Shown here piece by piece: positions 56,559-64,000 of a stretch of 64,000 nucleotides of DNA. The translations under genes were made by a program, and so were the position numbers. Below the pieces are notes generated by a model. That model saw only the letters and a program-made list of their open reading frames with translations. It made no database searches and had not been told where the DNA came from. Within the stretch, counting starts at the first letter, position 1. Every line of letters starts with the position of its first letter. Source of the DNA: Bdellovibrionia bacterium (GTDB taxonomy: Bacteria > Bdellovibrionota > UBA1018); assembly GCA_040399745.1 (NCBI GenBank), contig JBBARP010000001.1:240511-304510 (forward strand), given 5' to 3'.

Positions 56559-58223
56559 ATGAAGTTCATCTTCCTCAATCCCCATCCTGGGAACGACGCA
56601 GTCTGGATCGAGTCAGCGCGCAAGCGCGGGGACATCTGTATCCCGGTGTCCACTCCCGCTCTTGCCGCTCAGGTGCTGCGTTTCCACGGCCGCTCGGTGG
56701 ATTTCGCGATCATTCGGCGCGAGGGTCCGGGCGGCGAAGTCGATGAATCCGGCTTGGAGATGCTGGCTCGTCTGAAGCAGGATCCCGAGCAAGCCGACCT
56801 CCCGGTGATCGTGGTCTCCAGTTCCTGGAGTGATACCGATTTCATCGAGCATCAGAGTCGCCCAGAAGGGGCGCATGCCTACCTGAAATACCCGTTCCAA
56901 GAAGCGCAGCTCTACGCGGTTCTTGAGCGAATGTTCGGCGCCCAATTGCGAGTGGGCGCAGCCGAAGTTCTAATCGATGCGGGTCACGACTTCCTGCTCG
57001 AAGCAGTTGAAGCCATTCTTCCGCCAAAAGCGCAGCGCGAAGGCACTTCGATCCGGATGGAGATTCCGGAGTTCCCGAAGCCGCAGTATTCGGGGGGTGT
57101 CGCGCAGCCAGCCCCTGAGGCTTCCGTTGCCCGCAAACTCCAGCGGGTCCCTTCGACCGGCACGAGTGCTTCGGTTAACTTAGAATCCGAAGTCGAATCG
57201 CCGAAGAAACCCTCGGCTCCCGCTCGCACCAAGGCACCGGTTGTTGCGGCTCCCGAAAGAACTTCGAGTAGCGAGTCTGTGGAAGACGACTCGGTTGCGG
57301 CGCCTGCCATTCTTCAGACCGAACCACTGGATCAAGGCACCGGCTTCTCGGAATTGCCGCGTGAGCAAAGCGGCATCGATCAACTTCTTGCTGATAGTTT
57401 TCCGTACCTGTTCCAGAGCGGTCGCCCCAAGAGCCCTTCCGAGGTAGCGGCCGAGATCATGAAGCATGCCTCGGGCACTGCTTATGACTTCACTCAGCCC
57501 GTGGGCGATGCGGTGGTCCCGGGTGGAGCGCATCACGCTCTCGACATCGAAACGCTGCGGAAGTACTTGTTCCTTCGGGAGCAGGATGTGGCCGCACTTT
57601 CAACCCAGCTCAAAGCCGTTCGCGAGCAGATGGAAGCGCTTGAAGCGACTCTTCATGAAGAAAAGGCTCGGAACGCTGAACTCGAACACACCATTACCGA
57701 ACAGGCCGGACGGATCGCAGGTTTTGATCGCGAACGCCAAGAAGAAATGGATCGATTGGAAGCGCGTCTTCAAGATGAACGCGAAGAGAATCGCCGGCGC
57801 GCCGAAGAGGCTCGAGTTCTCAGTCAGCGCGTGAAAGAAGCGGAAGCCGACCGCATTCAGTTGAAAAGACGGGTGCGGGACGATTTGATTCGCGCGGTGC
57901 TGCGGGAGCGCGAAAAGAGCAATCGATATGAGATTTTGAAGAGGGATTTCGAAGCGCAGTTGGCTTCGAGGATGAACTTGATTACCGAATTGAAGCGCAA
58001 GGTCGATACCTTGGAGTTCAACATGGACTTGGCCGAAGAGCGACTTCAGCGCGAGAAAGAAAACAACGCTCGGTTGAAGCAGAAACACGCGGAAGCCCTT
58101 CGGGCGCTTCGGATGGCCGGTGGGTTTTTGCAGACCGCAGAAGCCCAGGAATCTTCTGAAACTTCTGCCGAAGAGGGCGACGGAGCGACCTCCGACGACG
58201 ACTCCGGCTTCCGGGTGGCATGA
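56559..58223 (+). CDS. Pseudo-receiver plus long coiled-coil protein (AglZ/FrzS-like)
   Basis: Receiver fold (GLEMLARLK, LPVIVVS, YLKYPF) lacking phospho-Asp; disordered linker; about 200-aa heptad coiled coil. Confidence 0.7.
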   Translation: MKFIFLNPHPGNDAVWIESARKRGDICIPVSTPALAAQVLRFHGRSVDFAIIRREGPGGEVDESGLEMLARLKQDPEQADLPVIVVSSSWSDTDFIEHQSRPEGAHAYLKYPFQEAQLYAVLERMFGAQLRVGAAEVLIDAGHDFLLEAVEAILPPKAQREGTSIRMEIPEFPKPQYSGGVAQPAPEASVARKLQRVPSTGTSASVNLESEVESPKKPSAPARTKAPVVAAPERTSSSESVEDDSVAAPAILQTEPLDQGTGFSELPREQSGIDQLLADSFPYLFQSGRPKSPSEVAAEIMKHASGTAYDFTQPVGDAVVPGGAHHALDIETLRKYLFLREQDVAALSTQLKAVREQMEALEATLHEEKARNAELEHTITEQAGRIAGFDRERQEEMDRLEARLQDEREENRRRAEEARVLSQRVKEAEADRIQLKRRVRDDLIRAVLREREKSNRYEILKRDFEAQLASRMNLITELKRKVDTLEFNMDLAEERLQREKENNARLKQKHAEALRALRMAGGFLQTAEAQESSETSAEEGDGATSDDDSGFRVA

Positions 58224-59632
58224 GGAGCGCAGTGGCTTCACCGCGGGTACTTCTGGTTCAGTCTGATCCCCGTCAAAGCGAGCTTTGGGCGTCTTTGATT
58301 CGCGAAGTGGGCGAGTGCCAGATCGATATCGTTGCTGATGCCGAAACCTCGTTTGAGTGGCTTGCGCGAACCGACTACCAGCTCTTGATTCTGGGGGCTC
58401 CAGTGGACCTTTCAGAACTCTTGCTCAGGCGGGTCGAAGCCGTTCGTCGAAATAGTCCTGCAACGGCCGTGATCGTGGTCTCCGAACGCCCCACCTTGGA
58501 AGAGGCCGTCGCAGTCATTCGGATCGGAGCGGAAGATTATCTCGCTCATCCGTTCCCGCTCGATGCTTTCCGCCTCTCCGTCAAGCGGGGCCTCGATCGA
58601 AAGCTGGTATTGGGACAGGACGGAGTCGCAGGGGCTTACTTGGCCTTGGTCGACACTTGTCAGCTCATTTCTGGACTACTCGATGCCGAGCGAGTGCATG
58701 GCGTGGTGCGAAGTTTTCTGATGCGAGAGCTCCGGGCCCGTCACGCTTCCATTTATCGCCTGATAGACGGCAAGCCCGAACGTCTGGGTGACTCTATTGC
58801 GCCGAATGGTACGAGCGATCGGGTTCTTGATGAAGTTTTGGATCTCGCCGTTCAAGCGGTTGCCGTCTTGCCAGGCATGGCCAGCGCCAGTGAAGGAGAA
58901 CGCTCGATTCCGAAGGGTGCGCTCTCTCCTGCTCTCTTTGTTTTTCGCTACCAAGCCTCCGATGGCACTGACTGCTTCTGTGTCTGTCTTTCGCCCGAAT
59001 CGCCTGCCGACCCTTCGACCTTTGAGAGTCGCCTTCGGCTTTTGCGGGCTCAGCTCGAAGTGACGTTTCGAAACATCGAGCGTTATCAGGGCGTGGAAAA
59101 GCTGGTTTACACCGACGAAGCTACGGGACTTTACAACACGCGCTACCTTTACTCGCTTCTCGAACGTGAAATCGATCGTTCCCGGGCCGAAGGGCAATCG
59201 TTTGCGATTCTTTTTGTGGATGGCGATCACTTCAAGTCGATCAATGATCGCTTTGGCCACCAAGCCGGCACGCAAGTTTTGAATGAGCTCGGTGGTCTTC
59301 TGAAGGGCTGGGTCAGGGCCCACGACAGCGTGTTCCGCTACGGTGGCGATGAGTTCGTCGCTGTTTTGTCGCGCTGTAATTGGTCAGTGGCACAGTCGGT
59401 GGCTGAGCGAATTCGCTTAGCGGTAGAAAAGCACGCATTCATTCCAGAGCGAAGCGAGCCCATTCGGCTCACTGTATCCATCGGGGTTGCCCTTTTCCCG
59501 GATCACGCGGATTCCGTGCGAGCCGTCATCGATGCCGCTGATCATGCGATGTACTCGGCGAAACGGACTACGCGAAATAGCGTCTTCATGGCCGAAATGC
59601 CGGTCTCGCCGGAGAAGGGAACTTCTTCGTGA
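58220..59632 (+). CDS. Pseudo-REC/GAF-like/GGDEF dinucleotide cyclase, Hypr (GacA-like) type
   Basis: DEATGLYN, DGDHFKSIND, GHQAGT (T351), I-site RAHD, GGDEF at 375, ADHAMYSAK. Confidence 0.85.
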   Translation: MRSAVASPRVLLVQSDPRQSELWASLIREVGECQIDIVADAETSFEWLARTDYQLLILGAPVDLSELLLRRVEAVRRNSPATAVIVVSERPTLEEAVAVIRIGAEDYLAHPFPLDAFRLSVKRGLDRKLVLGQDGVAGAYLALVDTCQLISGLLDAERVHGVVRSFLMRELRARHASIYRLIDGKPERLGDSIAPNGTSDRVLDEVLDLAVQAVAVLPGMASASEGERSIPKGALSPALFVFRYQASDGTDCFCVCLSPESPADPSTFESRLRLLRAQLEVTFRNIERYQGVEKLVYTDEATGLYNTRYLYSLLEREIDRSRAEGQSFAILFVDGDHFKSINDRFGHQAGTQVLNELGGLLKGWVRAHDSVFRYGGDEFVAVLSRCNWSVAQSVAERIRLAVEKHAFIPERSEPIRLTVSIGVALFPDHADSVRAVIDAADHAMYSAKRTTRNSVFMAEMPVSPEKGTSS

Positions 59633-60747
59633 GTGACTCCCAAGGCTCCGCGCGCCCGCGCTATAAATTGGTCGTCAGTGATTTTCACCTGGGGAAGGGT
59701 CGCCACTTCCGCGATGGTTCGCAGAACCTCCTGGAAGACTTCGTTTACGATCGTGAGTTCGCCGATTTTTTGGACTACCACCGCTTGGGCGAGTTCAAGG
59801 ACGCTGAGGTTGAACTGATCCTGAATGGCGATTTCTTGAACCTCCTTCAGATTGATGATTGGGGCATTCATACGCATTTGATCACTGAGCGTGCGACGGC
59901 TCGCGCAGTCGAAAGAATTGTCAAAGGGCATCCCGAGCTCTTTCAGGCGCTTCGTCGTTGGGCGCTGACTCCGGGGCACTCCATTGCTTACGTCGTCGGG
60001 AATCACGATGTCGGGATGCTCTGGCACGCTCCCCGCCGCGCTTTCTCAGCCGCTTGTGGCGCGGAAGTCGCGTTTCATGATGTGTCCTACGAGTTCGACG
60101 GTGTTCACGTCGAGCACGGTCAACAGTATGAGCGTTTTGCTCGAATCAATATGGAACGCCCTTTCATTACGAAGGGCTTGCCCGAGCCTGTTTTAGATCT
60201 TCCCTGGGGTTCGCTGTTTGTGGCGGTTGTTTTGCCGGGGATCAAGCAAGAGCGTCCGCATGTGGACAAAGTTCGCCCGTTCCGCTCGTTCCTGCAGTGG
60301 TGCCTTTTGAACGATCCTTGGTGGGGCGTCCGGACCGGCTTCCGAATTGTTCGCTTCGTTCTGGAAACCATTCTCTTCAAGTCGCGCTTTCATATTCGGC
60401 ACGGCGTAGGGGCGACCTGGAGTCTTCTTCGGGAAATTTCGCTCTATCCGAGTTACGACCGAATCGCGTTTCGGATCTTGGAAGAGTTTCCTGACATTCA
60501 CACCGTGATTTTCGGCCATACCCATGTGCTTCGCTACCGGCAGTGGCATGAAGGCAAAGAGTACTTCAATGAAGGCAGCTGGAACGAAGTGACGGTCCTG
60601 GAGCTGGGTGAATACGGGACCCGAGTTCGATTCACCTACGCATTCATCGAGTATGGCCAAAAGCTCGAGGATGGAACCTATCGGCCCAAAACCCGTTTGA
60701 AGGAATGGAAAGGGGTTTGGCGCGCAGATATTGAGGTCCTGACTTGA
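59629..60747 (+). CDS. Calcineurin-like metallophosphoesterase
   Basis: SDFHLG, NGDF, GNHD, EHG, GHTH; GTGA overlap with cyclase stop. Confidence 0.88.
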   Translation: MSDSQGSARPRYKLVVSDFHLGKGRHFRDGSQNLLEDFVYDREFADFLDYHRLGEFKDAEVELILNGDFLNLLQIDDWGIHTHLITERATARAVERIVKGHPELFQALRRWALTPGHSIAYVVGNHDVGMLWHAPRRAFSAACGAEVAFHDVSYEFDGVHVEHGQQYERFARINMERPFITKGLPEPVLDLPWGSLFVAVVLPGIKQERPHVDKVRPFRSFLQWCLLNDPWWGVRTGFRIVRFVLETILFKSRFHIRHGVGATWSLLREISLYPSYDRIAFRILEEFPDIHTVIFGHTHVLRYRQWHEGKEYFNEGSWNEVTVLELGEYGTRVRFTYAFIEYGQKLEDGTYRPKTRLKEWKGVWRADIEVLT

Positions 60748-60772
60748 TTCCCTTTCGACTGTCCTCTAAATT
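60744..60772 (+). promoter_or_regulatory. Leaderless sigma-70 promoter of kdsB-pyrG-kdsA
   Basis: TTGATT-N17-TAAATT-N6-ATG. Confidence 0.7.
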
Positions 60773-60778
60773 TTCCAG

Positions 60779-61522
60779 ATGAAGAAAATTCTCGTCATCC
60801 CCGCGCGTTTCAACTCCTCGCGACTTCCCGGCAAGCCATTGGCCGATGTGGTGGGGAAGCCCCTGATTCAGCGAGTTTTCGAGCGGGCCAAGTTGGTGAA
60901 GGGCTTTGATCGCTTGGTTTTGGCAGTAGACGACGAACGAGTCGAGGCAGCCGCCAAGTCCTTTGGGGCAGAAGTGATGATGACCGACCCCAATCTGGCA
61001 TCGGGAACCGATCGCGTGGCAGCAGTGGCCGAGAAGATTGAGGGCGACCTATTTGTGAACTTTCAGGGCGACGAGCCTCTCCTGTCGCCCCAGGCGGTAG
61101 AAGCAGCAGCGGCGCTGGTAGCATCAGGCAAGTTCGGTATGGGGACTGTGATGACCCCGATTCGCGCGATGGAAGATCTGTGGGCTCGGTCCGTGGTGAA
61201 AGTCCTGGTTGATGCGCAGGGTCGAGCTTTGTACTTCTCGCGCCTTCCTATTCCTTACGGAAAGGTTTCAGGGCCCGCCCCTGGCGAGTCCTTTATTTGC
61301 CGCAAGCACCTTGGGGTCTATGCCTACGACCGCGCGACTTTGTTCCGGGTGCGGGATCTTCCGGAAGGAAGCCTAGAGAAGGCAGAAAAACTGGAGCAGT
61401 TGAGGGCTCTGGAGGCCGGAATCCCCATCGGGGTGGCCGAAGGGGATTACTCGTCCATCGGGGTGGATACTTTTGAGGATCTAGAAAAGGTCCGCAAGCA
61501 CATCACCGCTTTTGGTGTATAA
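60779..61522 (+). CDS. kdsB: CMP-Kdo synthetase
   Basis: [48 protein letters not shown]. Confidence 0.97.
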   Translation: MKKILVIPARFNSSRLPGKPLADVVGKPLIQRVFERAKLVKGFDRLVLAVDDERVEAAAKSFGAEVMMTDPNLASGTDRVAAVAEKIEGDLFVNFQGDEPLLSPQAVEAAAALVASGKFGMGTVMTPIRAMEDLWARSVVKVLVDAQGRALYFSRLPIPYGKVSGPAPGESFICRKHLGVYAYDRATLFRVRDLPEGSLEKAEKLEQLRALEAGIPIGVAEGDYSSIGVDTFEDLEKVRKHITAFGV

Positions 61523-61532
61523 GAAGGCCCCG

Positions 61533-63212
61533 ATGGCCAAACAGAAAAAATACATCTTCGTCACGGGCGGCGTTTTGTCGTCTATCGGGAAGGGAATTGC
61601 CGCAGCCTCCATTGGGATGCTGATGGAGCAGCGCGGAATCCGCGTGACCATGATCAAGATGGATCCCTACTTGAATGTGGATCCGGGGACGATGAGTCCG
61701 TTTCAGCACGGGGAAGTCTTCGTTCTGGATGACGGCGCCGAGACGGATTTGGACTTGGGGCATTACAGCCGTTTCGTGCAGTCCGCTCATTTTACGCGGA
61801 AGAACAGTTTCACCACGGGCCGCATTTACGACACCGTGATTCGCCGCGAACGGGCAGGCGGGTATCTGGGAAAAACGGTTCAGGTCATCCCCCATATTAC
61901 CGACGAAATTAAGCGTCACATCCGGGATGCTGCCGAAGGCTCGGATCTAGCCATTGTCGAAGTGGGCGGGACGGTCGGCGACATCGAAGGGCTGCCTTTC
62001 CTGGAAGCTATTCGCCAGATGCGTGCTGACGAAGGCGTCTCCAACGTTCTTTTCGTTCACCTCACTTTGGTGCCGTTCATCGGCGCAGCGGGCGAGTTGA
62101 AGACCAAGCCCACGCAGCATTCTGTGAAAGAGCTTCGCGAGATCGGGATTCAGCCCGACATTCTCCTGTGCCGCTCAGACCGCGCACTTCCTCAGGACGT
62201 CAAAGAAAAGATCGGATCTTTCTGCAACGTGCCGGGTGATCAAGTTTTCAGCGCGAAGGATGTCTCTTCGATTTACGAAGTGCCGCTTTGCTACAGCGAA
62301 GAGGGTTTGGACGAGAAAGTGGCCGAGCGCTTGGGGATCTGGAGCGGACGCCCCGATCTTTCGAAGTGGCAAGCCATGGTCGAGCGCATTCGGAGTCCCA
62401 AAGGGGAGCTCACGATCGGCATTGTTGGGAAGTACACCGACTGGCGGGACAGTTATAAGTCCCTGTCTGAAGCTTTGGTTCACGGCGGCGTTGCGAACGA
62501 CGTTCGAGTGTCGATGGTTTACATCGATTCCGAAGAGCTCGAAAAGGGCACGAACCTGGATCTGCTTCGCAAAGTCGATGGCATTTTGGTTCCCGGTGGA
62601 TTCGGCGAACGCGGCGTGGAAGGAAAAATCCGCGCGGCTCAGTTTGCGCGCACGGAAGGAATCCCTTACTTCGGCATTTGCTTGGGGATGCAGATTCTCG
62701 TCATCGAATACGCTCGAAACGTCTGCGGCCTGAAGAAAGCCAACTCGGCTGAATTCGCGCCAAACGGAACCGAGAACGTCATCGACCTGATGGACTCCCA
62801 AAAAGCGGTCACCGACATGGGTGGCACCATGCGTTTGGGCGCTTACCCGTGTCAGATCCTGCCGAAATCGAATTCGAAACCCACGCGGGCTTTTCAGGCT
62901 TACGGCAAAGAACAGATCACCGAGCGCCATCGCCACCGTTTTGAGGTGTCCAACGCTTTCCGGCCGGTCCTTGAGGAAAAGGGCCTTCTGGTCAGCGGAC
63001 GGTTCAAGAACCAGCAAACCGGGGAAGAGCTTGTGGAGATGTGTGAACTGCCCTCGCATCCTTGGATGCTGGGTTGCCAGTTCCACCCGGAATTCCTTTC
63101 GAAGCCGCTCCAGCCGCATCCTCTTTTTGCGGCTTTTATCCAAGCCTCCAAAGAGCTGGGTAAGGGCGCACAGCGACCGCTTCCGGGCATTCAGCTTCCC
63201 ACCACGCACTGA
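61533..63212 (+). CDS. pyrG: CTP synthase
   Basis: [61 protein letters not shown]. Confidence 0.98.
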   Translation: MAKQKKYIFVTGGVLSSIGKGIAAASIGMLMEQRGIRVTMIKMDPYLNVDPGTMSPFQHGEVFVLDDGAETDLDLGHYSRFVQSAHFTRKNSFTTGRIYDTVIRRERAGGYLGKTVQVIPHITDEIKRHIRDAAEGSDLAIVEVGGTVGDIEGLPFLEAIRQMRADEGVSNVLFVHLTLVPFIGAAGELKTKPTQHSVKELREIGIQPDILLCRSDRALPQDVKEKIGSFCNVPGDQVFSAKDVSSIYEVPLCYSEEGLDEKVAERLGIWSGRPDLSKWQAMVERIRSPKGELTIGIVGKYTDWRDSYKSLSEALVHGGVANDVRVSMVYIDSEELEKGTNLDLLRKVDGILVPGGFGERGVEGKIRAAQFARTEGIPYFGICLGMQILVIEYARNVCGLKKANSAEFAPNGTENVIDLMDSQKAVTDMGGTMRLGAYPCQILPKSNSKPTRAFQAYGKEQITERHRHRFEVSNAFRPVLEEKGLLVSGRFKNQQTGEELVEMCELPSHPWMLGCQFHPEFLSKPLQPHPLFAAFIQASKELGKGAQRPLPGIQLPTTH

Positions 63213-63256
63213 GGCATTTCTTGAAAAGCTTCGCGTGACCGGGATACGTAACGGGC

Positions 63257-64000
63257 ATGATGAAGCTTGCTCCGATGACCCTGATTGCTGGTCCTTGTGT
63301 GATCGAAGACGAAGGTTTGATCCTGGAAGTGGCCCAAGAGCTGAAACGCCAGCTCGAAGGACTTCCGCTTCGCCTCTACTTCAAAGCGTCGTTCGATAAG
63401 GCCAATCGCACTTCGATCGAAGGTTACCGCGGGCCGGGAATGAAAGAGGGCTTGCGCCTCTTGGATCAACTCAAGGCCAAAACCGGGTTGCCGCTTTTGA
63501 CGGATTTTCATTCGCCCGATCAAGCTGAACCGGTTGCTGAAGTGGTCGACTTCCTCCAGGTGCCGGCATTCTTGTGCCGTCAAACCGACATGATCTTGGC
63601 GGCCGGCCAAGCTTGTTTGAAGCATGGAGCGCGGCTGAATGTGAAAAAGGGTCAGTTTTTGGCCCCGTGGGATGCCAAGAACATCGTCGGCAAAGTCCGC
63701 GAAGTGGTCGAGATTCAGCGACGGGACGGCAAGCTGCGTTCTGAGCCGGATGCGGACTGGTTCTGCCTGACCGAGCGTGGAACGAGCTTCGGCTACAACA
63801 CCCTGGTTGTGGACATGGTTTCCTTCCAGGCCATGAAGGCATTCGGCGCCCCGGTGATCTATGATGCCACTCACTCGATTCAGTCGCCTGGAGCGGGCGC
63901 AGGTGGAAAATCGACCGGCGGGAAGCGGGAGTACCTGGAGGTGCTTGCGCGGGCCGCGATGGCTGCTGGGGCGGATGGCCTGTTTATGGAGTGCCACCCT
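63257..64000 (+). CDS. kdsA: Kdo-8-phosphate synthase, 3'-truncated by the window end
   Basis: Not in the ORF track. Translates MMKLAPMTLIAGPCVIE, KASFDKANRTS, QVPAFLCRQTD, KKGQF, ERG, DATHS, GLFMECHP. Confidence 0.95.
   Translation, partial: MMKLAPMTLIAGPCVIEDEGLILEVAQELKRQLEGLPLRLYFKASFDKANRTSIEGYRGPGMKEGLRLLDQLKAKTGLPLLTDFHSPDQAEPVAEVVDFLQVPAFLCRQTDMILAAGQACLKHGARLNVKKGQFLAPWDAKNIVGKVREVVEIQRRDGKLRSEPDADWFCLTERGTSFGYNTLVVDMVSFQAMKAFGAPVIYDATHSIQSPGAGAGGKSTGGKREYLEVLARAAMAAGADGLFMECHP

Noticed and set aside
1-64000. tRNA, rRNA, IS elements, integrases, prophage or defence genes, frameshifted pseudogenes
   Set aside because: Intergenic gaps are short and accounted for; all recognised genes are intact and none matches such families.

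Overview
Gene-dense chromosomal window from a moderately GC-rich Gram-negative bacterium; gene content and order suggest Bdellovibrionota/Oligoflexia or a related deltaproteobacterial lineage (inference). No rRNA, tRNA, CRISPR array, prophage or IS element was seen. Left part: Bat-like genes, glutamine synthetase III, and a tryptophanase-like lyase translationally coupled to a degenerate ParA. From 7.8 to 34.6 kb is a contiguous type IVa pilus supercluster: ribF-pilBTC, a receiver-less pilR with no pilS, an inverted pilA, pilGHI-pilD, a pilin-like gene, pilMNOPQ, TPR, efp-accBC, then a Bd2492/SgmX-like TPR with tamB-tamA. The middle holds envelope genes, speB, rplM-rpsI, a QEGLA peptidase, a CHASE2 kinase/NtrC pair facing a sigma-54 promoter on an SPW membrane gene, PBP1B, fliL and ald. 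Best candidate for an undescribed system (55.3-60.7 kb): an operon of AglZ/FrzS-like pseudo-receiver coiled-coil, a Hypr-type GGDEF (Thr at the Asp specificity position, candidate 3',3'-cGAMP synthase) and a coupled calcineurin-like metallophosphoesterase (candidate cGAMP hydrolase), divergent from a membrane protein-bactofilin pair. About nine genes have a sigma-70 -10 box only 6-10 nt before the ATG and no Shine-Dalgarno, suggesting widespread leaderless translation. Family assignments rest on motif recognition by eye; no searches were run.
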